From Planctomycetota bacterium (GTDB taxonomy: Bacteria > Planctomycetota > B15-G4), in contig JBBQUR010000025.1 in NCBI GenBank assembly GCA_038212275.1, positions 1-63,682 on the forward strand: a DNA stretch of 63,682 nucleotides, in the 5' to 3' direction. This document shows, piece after piece, positions 9,101 through 16,437 of the stretch. Position numbers and translations under genes: made by a program. The notes under the pieces were generated by a model. That model made no database searches. It was not told the origin of the DNA and saw only the letters and a program-made list of their open reading frames with translations. How positions within the stretch are numbered: the first letter of the stretch is position 1; every line of letters starts with the position of its first letter.

Positions 9101-11168
9101 CACCCACGTCAACACGTACGACAAGGCGAGCAACCGGCTCTCGACGACCGACCCGAACGGCACGGTCGTGGTGTGCGCGTACGACAAGGACAACCGCCTG
9201 ACGTCACGCGCGATGACGCTGGCCAGCAACGTCGTGGGCGCGACGTCGCACGGCTTCGGCTACGACGGCCTGGGTCGCATGACCTCTGCGGACAGCAACG
9301 AGGGCGGGGCGTTCAGCACGGTCATCGAGCGCACCTACAACACCTTGGGCAAGCTGGAGACCGAGAAGCAGGTCATCGATGGCTACAATTCCGGCAACGG
9401 GCGCACGATCAGCTACGCCTACGACGTGGAGGGCGACCGGACGTCCACGACCTACCCGGTGGGTGGGACGGTGATCAGCTACACGCGGGATGCCTTGGAC
9501 CGGGTGGACAAGATCAGCCGCGGCAGCGCAGAGGTGGTGGACTACACGTGGAGCGGCAGCCGGGTCATCAAGAGCAGCTATCCGGGCAGCCACACGACGA
9601 TGCTGTATGACGGGTACGGCCGGCTCACGGACATGCACCACAAGGACACGTCGTCGGGGAATAGCTTGGCGCGGTTCACGTACGGCTACGACGCCAGCAG
9701 CCAGATCATCGCCTGGGACAAGTATTACTACGACGATGTCCAGAACACCCGGATTACCGGCGCCAATCTGGATGAGGGCGGGCAGTACGGCTACGACGGG
9801 GCCAAGCGGCTGGTGACCGTGCTGCGCGGCATCGCTACCGCGAACATCAGCAACACGATTTCAGCCAATCTGGCGGCGTCGCAGGCAGCCTACCGGAACA
9901 TGGTGGAGTACAAGCTGGATCAGACCGGAAACCGGATGACCCGCCAACTGGACGGCTCAAACGACGTGACGTACGCTCACAACGACGTGAACGAGATGAC
10001 CACTGAAGGCGCAACGACCCTGACCTACAACGCCAATGGCGCGTGGACGGGGACCAGCGACGAATACCGCTACACGTGGAACGACCAGTTTGGGCAGTAC
10101 ATCAAGGCGGGGTCACCGGCCGTGACGCACACGTGGCACTACGACGCGTTGGGCCGACGAGTCCAGTTCAACGACAGTGCTAACCCGACGCGTGTGCAGC
10201 GGTACTATTACGACGGCGACCAGATGGTCGAGGTCGCGCGCTGGAGCGGGTCGGCTGAGACGGCGCTGAAGCAGTTTGTTTTCGGGGACCGGATCGATGA
10301 CTTGGTCATGTACGTGGACGTCGCGGGCAGCTTGTCGTACTACGCGCACAAGGACCATCTCGGGTCGGTGCAGGTGCTCGTCAATGGGAGCGGGGCGATC
10401 CAGGAGGGCTACCGCTACAACGAGTGGGGCGCGACGACGATCGTGGACAGCTCGTTCGCCAAGCTTACCACGACGCTGACATCACCCGTGGGAAACCCGC
10501 ATCGGTACACAGGGCGCGAGCAGCACAACTCGGTCGGTGGATATGGCGATGATTGGTACTACGTAAGGGCGAGGGAGTATCGGGCTGCAGCCGGCCGCTT
10601 TATTTCGCCTAGCGAGCATGGCTATGGACTACGTCGCTATGATAATAATGTGAATAGACCGACGCCGTATGGCTCCGCAGGCACGTATGCGGACGGAACT
10701 GAGTTTAATGCGGACGCGGACGAAAAGAAATGCAAAATTGACCCGTTGCCCCTACCTAGTGGTCCTAGTGGTGCCTGTGTAAATCCCGCATGGGTCGAAT
10801 GGGCAAATGCTTATCAGCAATGCGTGAACACTTCGGCGGGAACCTGTCATGATACATATCAGCACAGTTATGAGCACTTTAAAGGTCTCCTAGATACTGA
10901 CTGTCACAAGGCAGACCATACAATTGGTGCATTTATCGTGTATTCAGTCATTCCTGGAATTCTTTCCGCGGCTGCAAGTGCAGTCTCTGGGCCAATCGGG
11001 GGGATTGCAGTAGTGGCTGCATATAAGGCAGTCACTACTCCTGCTTACGACCTTTGCATGGCCGAGGGGCACAGTAACGTTAAAAACATGGCATGCGCGA
11101 CAAAAATTATATGCTGTGAGGGACTGAAAGAAGAGCCCCCTATATTTCTTTCAGACTCATGCAAGTGA
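6138..11168 (+). CDS. Rhs/YD-repeat polymorphic toxin-like protein with N-terminal signal peptide and DUF6531-like domain
   Basis: MNTLQRRRR plus a hydrophobic signal; DLMMPGVGLPLIFQR...GPLGAQW (DUF6531-like); dozens of YD repeats; core YYAHKDHLGSV...YRYNEWG...RYTGRE; low-GC C-terminal tip. Confidence 0.92.
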   Translation: MNTLQRRRRLAPVIWLLIFGLALPPGAMTSVFAVTNRRLNTLSRDTKLETFRNPQFSGAQGSRFLGTMGPQALVGSGGDNFSDPDSRGYGSIAEPAAHWISYKGRVEWTDNDLMMPGVGLPLIFQRIHRGSVSSYDGPLGAQWEFNWNKRFKYDTSGGATRAYFHELGRREEYPYTGSAYTSPIGRYDTLVRTGTPEYIRTDRSGIQETYAQEPADATWFRLKEIKDLNANTLSFSYDSNSLLTKVTDTLSRHTTLAYDGNDRITKITDSASREWLYAYDGSNRLSSVRTPTVDEIGTDDDYTSGKTTTYKYDSSDRLTEVARPGDGGTGKWLWAYDGSGRITKETRAGNDLSLTYDDTNAKVTVVDREANQTVYWYDSGHEGNLITKRQVYWDASNYYESTFAYDAAGNVTNAIFPKGNRVGYTFDGSGNVLTVEFKKDGSDGAPLKWIYAWASNARLSTLKDPNGNVWDHDYDGAGNLVTKTAPAVTLPNSTHGTIRELWAYNGSGQVTRYTDPVGTFTDTTYSTVNSKSAYANAVTRDSAGLALITQYAYGGAGNVTSVTDPNGNATTYTVNALNQVIATVEPLSVTRKTHYDSNDRVIQTEVSNDSTVGNGWFVTDHDYDAQDNLTRVRADLTGSTRITTAYAFDKNDRLTTVTSPVGNETTYAYDVRNLQTSVTRKAASSPDDAITATTYDANGLRITTTSPRGYLTLYAYDGYDRLTKTTQPEGEYTTSVFDGNGNVVTSSRYNVGATQLAQTVMSYDQANRLYQTDVLAKQADLSTNIGDGVQTKTIHRDEAGRVLEHSGDICGCSNYVHVYDAVGRQVTSKDPMGATDGTRNLVLSLYDKNGNVTKSTRKERSQDTGVEADKDIVTEMVFDARNRMVTRKERLDVSTTMDTVYSYGLRDQVTKVVDGNGDERRIEHNEQLWKAKDILENGAADVITEYSYDSDGRLVTYLAKNSTTGDQDTVYTYDKLDRVVTTTWPDAGTHVNTYDKASNRLSTTDPNGTVVVCAYDKDNRLTSRAMTLASNVVGATSHGFGYDGLGRMTSADSNEGGAFSTVIERTYNTLGKLETEKQVIDGYNSGNGRTISYAYDVEGDRTSTTYPVGGTVISYTRDALDRVDKISRGSAEVVDYTWSGSRVIKSSYPGSHTTMLYDGYGRLTDMHHKDTSSGNSLARFTYGYDASSQIIAWDKYYYDDVQNTRITGANLDEGGQYGYDGAKRLVTVLRGIATANISNTISANLAASQAAYRNMVEYKLDQTGNRMTRQLDGSNDVTYAHNDVNEMTTEGATTLTYNANGAWTGTSDEYRYTWNDQFGQYIKAGSPAVTHTWHYDALGRRVQFNDSANPTRVQRYYYDGDQMVEVARWSGSAETALKQFVFGDRIDDLVMYVDVAGSLSYYAHKDHLGSVQVLVNGSGAIQEGYRYNEWGATTIVDSSFAKLTTTLTSPVGNPHRYTGREQHNSVGGYGDDWYYVRAREYRAAAGRFISPSEHGYGLRRYDNNVNRPTPYGSAGTYADGTEFNADADEKKCKIDPLPLPSGPSGACVNPAWVEWANAYQQCVNTSAGTCHDTYQHSYEHFKGLLDTDCHKADHTIGAFIVYSVIPGILSAAASAVSGPIGGIAVVAAYKAVTTPAYDLCMAEGHSNVKNMACATKIICCEGLKEEPPIFLSDSCK

Positions 11169-11223
11169 GGTGATCCGTTGTTTGCCTGTGAATAAATCAC
11201 CTTAGGGGCTTTCCGCGACCGCT

Positions 11224-11263
11224 GTTTGGTTGGGAATGGCCAGGTTTGGTGGGGAATGGCCAG
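11224..11263. repeat. 20-bp tandem direct repeat x2
   Basis: GTTTGGTTGGGAATGGCCAG followed by GTTTGGTGGGGAATGGCCAG (1 mismatch). Confidence 0.85.
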
Positions 11264-11566
11264 TCGCCGGTGGGTCGTCGATGAAATCTTAGATCACCGG
11301 AGATGAAAAGGTGCCTAGACGCCAACTTGCTTGGTCAAGTAAATCGTGGGAGTTCCAGTTCGTGAGAGTTATAATTCGAGCTGCCGGTCTGTTGACATAC
11401 GCTGCGGCGCTTTCGCTGAAGTATGGCCGCGACAGTGCTGATACTACGGTCCGCAGATTTTCTTCGTCGGCAGCCTTGCATGGCCTTGGCCGGCCGTGGG
11501 CGCAGTCCATATTGTAATATATGGTAGAAATTATGGGACTTCTCCAACAACCACAGGAACAATGAT

Positions 11567-12172
11567 ATGCGCCGTCGATTTCCACAGTTCGCGACGCTAG
11601 TGTTGGCCGGGATGACTCTTCTCTGCCAGAGTTGCGCGCACCTCATGGCGTACGGCGAGGATCGCGTGCGCGACATTTCTGACGTTATCGATGTCCGGTA
11701 CGGCACCGGCTTCGGACTTGGCGTAAGCGTGCAGTGGACCGAACTTCTTGGCACCGGCCTCGGTTGCTCAACGGAGTGGTACCAACGACAGTGGTATGGC
11801 CGGAAGTCAATCGAAGTCCGCGACGGCCTTTTCGCGCAGGCGCTCATCTTCGGCGTTGATGGGGACTATGTGCGGCGCGAGGCGCAAGGCGCAAATTACT
11901 GGGAATGCATGTCATCCACCGGCAACACGACTTGGTTCATTTTTAGGCTCACCGGCATATCCAGGGAAGGGTGGGGCAACGAGGAGTGGTTTACTAAGCC
12001 GGGAGGCGTTGCTCCGAGTGCTGAGTTCGCTCGCATCGGCGGGGCCGTCTTTCTCCCGGGCGTGAATGGAGGGATCTACGTCAACCTCGGGGAGGTCATC
12101 GATTTCGTCTCTGGTTTGTTCGGCTACGACCCGATGAATGACGATGACTACCCCAAGTTCTCCACTGTGTGA
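11567..12172 (+). CDS. Hypothetical lipoprotein, candidate Rhs immunity protein
   Basis: Basic N-terminus, hydrophobic stretch and lipobox-like LCQSC. Lower GC, and the first convincing gene after the Rhs tip. Confidence 0.65.
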   Translation: MRRRFPQFATLVLAGMTLLCQSCAHLMAYGEDRVRDISDVIDVRYGTGFGLGVSVQWTELLGTGLGCSTEWYQRQWYGRKSIEVRDGLFAQALIFGVDGDYVRREAQGANYWECMSSTGNTTWFIFRLTGISREGWGNEEWFTKPGGVAPSAEFARIGGAVFLPGVNGGIYVNLGEVIDFVSGLFGYDPMNDDDYPKFSTV

Positions 12173-12262
12173 TGCTTTGGTTGTGCTGCTGTGGGTGTCG
12201 TAGTTCAATAGTCGCGCGGTATCGAAACGAGGTCGTCTGATGGTCCAAGGAGAGGCTACGGC

Positions 12263-12468
12263 TGTCCCTCCCGAGAACTCCGCGCGATCCTCGGAGCATG
12301 ACAATTCGCCTTCGTACGCGACGCCGACGGGGGGCGTCAAGTAGTCGCGAGCCGTCCGTAACCACCGCGAATGCCGCGCGCGCGGCATCAGCCTGCGCAG
12401 TGGGCGGAGCATCTCCATGAATCCGACTGACGATTCACAGAGTTGTCGAGTTAAGCCGCGCGGCGGTA
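12263..12468. repeat. Copy B of ~190-bp unit, with intact TGT terminus and a non-homologous 68-nt core
   Basis: Begins TGTCCCTCCCGAGAACTC. Shares GCATGACAATTCGCCTTCG...GTCAAG and CATCTCCATGAATCC...CACAGAGTTGTCGA...GCCGCGCGGCGGTA with copies A and C. Confidence 0.9.
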
Positions 12469-12660
12469 GGTCCCGAGAAGTCAGCGCGAGTCTCGGAGCA
12501 TGACAATTCGCCTTCGTACGGAACGCCGAGTGGGGTCGTCAAGCGGGTTACAAGGCCGCGAGATCGCTCAGATCGACCAGGCCTTTCACTGTGCACAGAC
12601 CATCTCCGTGAATCCAACTGGCGATTCACAGAGTTGTCGAGTCAGGCCGCGCGGCGGTAC
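12469..12660. repeat. Copy C of ~190-bp unit, contiguous with transposase 3' end
   Basis: Tandem to copy B; its right end overlaps the transposase codons YRRAA-stop (12642-12659). Confidence 0.9.
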
Positions 12661-13670
12661 TCGTGGTGCAACCCACCGAGTACCGGCACGGAAATGACTT
12701 CTTCGACGGGAGTGGTCTCCCGTGTGCTCGGCTCCGGCGCGTCGCCATCGAGTGACTGATGGCAGCGACTCGAATTGTAATAGCGCTGGAATTCTCGGAT
12801 CAGGGCCAGCAAGTGTCGCTCGCCCGTGACGATCACATGGTCCGTGCACTCGCGGCGCACCGTACCGATCACTCGCTCCACGAAAGGGTTGGTCCAGGGA
12901 GCGCGCCGACCACTCAGCAGCTCTCGCAGTCCTATCGCACGGATCTCGTCGCGGAACGTGTGGCCGTAGATGCCGTCGCGATCGCGCAGCAGGTATTTCG
13001 GCTCGGTCCCGTCGCCGGGGAACGCCTCCCGGATCTGCCGTGCCGTCCACTGCGCGGTGGGGTGGGCCGTCACGCCGACATGCACGATCCGTCGTCGGTC
13101 ATGGCTCAGGACCACGAACGCGTAGAGCATCTTGAAAGTGAGTGTCGGCACCACGAAGAAGTCGCACGCCGCGGTCACCTTCATATGATTGCGGAGAAAC
13201 GTGGACCATCGCTGGCCCTTCTCTGGGTCGCGTCGCTTGACCATGTACTTGTCCACGGTGGACTCGACGACGTTGTGCCCGAGCCGTACGAGCTGCTGCT
13301 GGATCATGGGCGCACCCCAGGTCACGTTCTCGACGGACATGCGCCGGATGAGTCGCATCAGCTTCCAGCCGATCGACGGCGCCCCGCGCTTCGCCGTCCG
13401 GGACTTGCGCGCCCAGTACCAGGCCGCGCCCTTGCGGTGCCAGCGGATCAGGGTCTCGGGCTTCACGATGAGCAAGGTGCTCTTCCAGTCGGCGAGCAGG
13501 CGGTGCATCAAGATGAGAAATGCCCGGTCGCTGTCCTCGATCCGGGGCCGCGACACGCTGCGCTTCAGGATGATGACCTGCTGCCGCAGGACGGCGTTCT
13601 CGAGCATCAGCTTCTGGCGGTCTTGCAGCGCTGCGCGCAGCATCCCGAAGAGCACGGTGGCGGTAAGCAT
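12642..13670 (-). CDS. Integrase-core (rve) DDE transposase, IS3/IS481-superfamily-like
   Basis: LENAVLRQQ, IVKPETLIRWHR, NVTWGAP, catalytic AACDFF / LLRDRDGIYG / NPFVERVIGTVRREC, and C-terminal GGLHHEYRRAA. Confidence 0.92.
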   Translation of the reverse strand: MLTATVLFGMLRAALQDRQKLMLENAVLRQQVIILKRSVSRPRIEDSDRAFLILMHRLLADWKSTLLIVKPETLIRWHRKGAAWYWARKSRTAKRGAPSIGWKLMRLIRRMSVENVTWGAPMIQQQLVRLGHNVVESTVDKYMVKRRDPEKGQRWSTFLRNHMKVTAACDFFVVPTLTFKMLYAFVVLSHDRRRIVHVGVTAHPTAQWTARQIREAFPGDGTEPKYLLRDRDGIYGHTFRDEIRAIGLRELLSGRRAPWTNPFVERVIGTVRRECTDHVIVTGERHLLALIREFQRYYNSSRCHQSLDGDAPEPSTRETTPVEEVISVPVLGGLHHEYRRAA

Positions 13671-13754
13671 GGGGCGGGAGGGTAGCGAGGGGCGCTCGTT
13701 CGTGCGAGCCGGACGCCCTCAGTGGGCGGCTTGCGTCGCAGTCCCACGCCGCCG

Positions 13755-14048
13755 TTATCGGAGCACGTCAGCGATGTCGCGGTATCCGCTGATCACACGA
13801 GCAATCTGAATCGGCTCGACTTCCGCCAGGTACACGATCAGGTAGCTGTGAACGGGCCAGAAGCGCACGTCGTCCTCGGCCACGTCGCGCCGGACGTGGC
13901 CCATGCGCGGCATGTCCGCCAACTGCACCATCGCCGCGTCGAGGTCGGCCAAGACGCGCTGAGCTGCCGAAACACTGTCCTGTGAGATGAAGTCGACGAT
14001 CTCGTCGAGATCGCGCTCGGCATCCTCGGACAGCGCATAACGCCTCAC
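13755..14048 (-). CDS. parE: RelE/ParE-family toxin
   Basis: YALSEDAERDLDEIVDFI...LADMPRMGHVRRD...YLIVY...IARVISGYRD; overlaps the antitoxin stop. Confidence 0.92.
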   Translation of the reverse strand: MRRYALSEDAERDLDEIVDFISQDSVSAAQRVLADLDAAMVQLADMPRMGHVRRDVAEDDVRFWPVHSYLIVYLAEVEPIQIARVISGYRDIADVLR

Positions 14049-14317
14049 CGACTCGGGCGATCCTTCTCGAGCTTGGCGAGTCGCGCCTGCAGGCGGGAGA
14101 TCACCTCATCGCCACTCTTGAGGCGTCCTGCCTTCGCAGAGGTGACTCCTTTGGCGACCTGCTGCCGGAGCTCGGCCACGCGAGTCTCGCGCAACTTGTC
14201 GCTGTCGGCGAGCAGCCGCAGCGCCTCGCGCACCACCTCGCTCGCGGAGGTGTACATGCCCGAAGCGACCTTGTCCTCGACGAGCTTGGCGAGTTCCGGG
14301 GTCAGTGAGACATTCAT
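14045..14317 (-). CDS. parD: ParD-family antitoxin (RHH)
   Basis: MNVSLTPEL...VASGMYTSASEVVREALRLL. Confidence 0.93.
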   Translation of the reverse strand: MNVSLTPELAKLVEDKVASGMYTSASEVVREALRLLADSDKLRETRVAELRQQVAKGVTSAKAGRLKSGDEVISRLQARLAKLEKDRPSR

Positions 14318-14404
14318 GGAGGAGACTCTAGCGCCGATAGCCAGTTATGTCAAAGCCTGTTATCGGCTGAGCGACCGTGCATCCGAAGGCCATCTGATGC
14401 GAAT

Positions 14405-14710
14405 TCACTCGGAGTCGTGCAGGGTCTCCGCAAGGTCCCGCCAGCCGCTTACGACGCGCAGGATCTGCAGTGGCTCCGTCTCGGGCCGGTACACGATCAA
14501 GAAACTGTGCACGGCCTAGAAGTGGACCGGCCGGGGCGTGAGATCCTCGCGGGCGTGGCCCGTGGCCGGCATCGCTGCCAATTGCTGCGCTGCAGCGAGC
14601 AGGTCTGCCCGCACTCCTTCGGCGCGTCGGAGGCTCCCGCTTTCGGCGACGTAATCCAGGATCTCGGCGAGGTCGGCCTCGGCGAGCAGCGACAGCCGAA
14701 AGGAACTCAC
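14405..14710 (-). pseudogene. parE: ParE toxin with in-frame amber stop
   Basis: ...PRPVHF*AVHSFLIVYRPETEPLQILRVVSGWRDLAETLHDSE*. The TAG at 14516-14518 aligns with the Trp in the paralog (VRFWPVHSYLIVY). Confidence 0.88.
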
Positions 14711-14985
14711 TTGCGCGGTTTGCGCCGCGCGTCGAGCCGCTCTTCAAGCCGCTTGAAGGCCTCCTCGCCGTCCACGAGCTGGCCGTTCGTGGCCTGATCC
14801 CAGCCGGCATCGATCTTTCGGCGCACCTCGTCGCGCCATGCCTGGAAGCGCCGCTGTTCGTTGGCCTCGTGATCCATCAGCAACCGGATGCCTTCTCGGA
14901 CCACTTCGGCGGCCGTCTGGTAGCGACCGGTCTTCACCTTGTCCTCGATGAAGCGGACCTGCTCGTCGGTGAGAGAAACGTTCAT
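14707..14985 (-). CDS. parD: ParD-family antitoxin
   Basis: MNVSLTDEQ...VKTGRYQTAAEVVREGIRLL; paralog of 14045-14317. Confidence 0.92.
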   Translation of the reverse strand: MNVSLTDEQVRFIEDKVKTGRYQTAAEVVREGIRLLMDHEANEQRRFQAWRDEVRRKIDAGWDQATNGQLVDGEEAFKRLEERLDARRKPRK

Positions 14986-15192
14986 GGCGGGAGGGTCGCT
15001 CCGATGTCCAGATATGTCCACTTCTGGCCATCGACTGTCGCTGGCCAGGACTTGGGGGTAAGGTCAGGCATGGCAGGTGGGCCCGGCGGAAGAGGAGCCC
15101 GTCGGGAGTGCTGCTACGCGGGTGGAAACTCTCCCGGCATCGCGCCGCCGCGGGTTGTTCGAGCTCGACAGCGGCGCGGCGCCTCAAGGCGG

Positions 15193-15273
15193 GAAGGGGC
15201 GCTCCGACCTCGAAATCGCCGTATGCTCTCGGCGGCGGGCAGTTTCCGCCTTGGACCCATTTCTGGTGTACCA
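15193..15273 (+). repeat. 81-bp non-coding dispersed repeat, copy 1
   Basis: Ungapped 66/81 identity (manual count) with 56372-56452. Confidence 0.85.
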
Positions 15274-15766
15274 ATCGAGCGGATGGAGCGGGCGGGGCCG
15301 ACCCCGGCAGCGAGGGTGATGCCAGGGGCGCCATGGCGCTCAGCGTCGAAACGGTTCGCACGAATGGCCACGGAGGGCCGTTCGGCGCAAGGCTGCCCGT
15401 GTCTGCCGAAGAGCTGCACCGGGCGGGCCGGCATGCAAATGGAGAGCGCGTGGAGGACCGGCGAGGCTGCCCACCGGGCGTTTCTGCTCTCAGGCTCTCA
15501 GTCGCACGGATCGAAGCGCACCGTTCCCGGCCCGCCCCACAGTGACACCTCACGTGAGCAGATCCGCGTCTGCCGCCTGCATCATCGGGAGGGTGCGACC
15601 GATGTGCATCGCGTACTCCGGGATCATCTTGGCGTCGCGTCAAGGACGCCTGGCTGACACTGGGATGACTACGGACCTCACGCGCGAAAACGGGCGAGCG
15701 AGAAGCAGGCCAGCCGCGAGTGGTAAGATCGCACCCCAATCCGATAGGACTCTCGGGGATGTGGGT

Positions 15767-16435
15767 ATGGCGCTATTCGGCAGCGATAAGAGTGTGTCGC
15801 TGATGACAAATGCTCTTTCGCGCTCGGAGATTATCCGGCGAGGTCGCATTGCAATTCTGGACGACGACATCCCAGAGATGTTGAAGGACCTGCGAAGTCA
15901 TGGCTTGTCGATAGATCATTTGGTGTCTACCGACGACCCCGCCTTTGGACGCCTTAGTGAGGCATTCTACGATCTTCTGCTCTTGGATTACGGAGGGATA
16001 GGATCCAAGTTCGGCGACGATGAAGGGCTGGACGTACTTCGATTTCTGAGGCGAGTTAATCCGGGGCTGCGTACCCTCGCATATACGGCCCGAACCTTCG
16101 ATTCCTCGAAGGGTGATTTTTTTCGACTATGCGACGGTATCGTGAAGAAGGATTCTGGAATACGGGAAACACTTGAGCAGATTGAGTTTCACTTAGGGCA
16201 GGTACTTACGCCTGCATATCAGTTCGAGGCACTGGCTCGCACGATTGGCTTGACGCGCGACCAACGTGAGCAAGTTGAACGGTCGTTATCCAAGGCTATT
16301 GCTAGCCCGCGGAGAAAGGAAAAGGCTCTTGAAGTTGCGAAGAAGTTTGCAAAGACAGGGAGCGAGAAACTATTGGAGACCGTGGTAGCAAAGGTGATCG
16401 AGTTGGGTATCGCGTCTGCGACGGGCGGGTCGTAA
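15767..16435 (+). CDS. Response-regulator receiver protein with non-HTH helical C-terminus
   Basis: IAILDDD, YDLLLLDYG (phosphoacceptor Asp), EGLDVLRFLR, LAYTA and VKK. Lower GC than flanks. Confidence 0.8.
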   Translation: MALFGSDKSVSLMTNALSRSEIIRRGRIAILDDDIPEMLKDLRSHGLSIDHLVSTDDPAFGRLSEAFYDLLLLDYGGIGSKFGDDEGLDVLRFLRRVNPGLRTLAYTARTFDSSKGDFFRLCDGIVKKDSGIRETLEQIEFHLGQVLTPAYQFEALARTIGLTRDQREQVERSLSKAIASPRRKEKALEVAKKFAKTGSEKLLETVVAKVIELGIASATGGS

Positions 16436-16437
16436 CG

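Noticed and set aside
5484..9107. 1207-aa minus-strand ORF, and similar long shadows (e.g. 2838-5060, 18479-20830, 28324-30669, 47285-49462)
   Set aside because: Antisense or alternate-frame shadows of motif-bearing genes in high-GC DNA, with no domain motifs.
12209..12349. TAGTCGCG shared between copy B core and the flank about 50 bp outside its terminus (guide-target idea)
   Set aside because: An 8-nt match is plausible by chance, and no equivalent can be tested for the other copies.
12263..12660. Tandem repeats as a CRISPR array or integron attC sites
   Set aside because: Units are about 190-205 bp, include transposase codons and lack RYYYAAC/GTTRRRY boxes. There is no cas or tyrosine integrase gene in the window.
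12500..12697. Small ORF MTIRLRT... recurring in repeat copies A and C
   Set aside because: Substitutions are mostly non-synonymous, copy B has an early stop and an unrelated core, and the ORF is antisense to the transposase end.
14516..14518. Pyrrolysine or recoded TAG in parE
   Set aside because: TAG is used as a normal stop in many genes here, no pyl genes are present, and a single TGG-to-TAG transition suffices.
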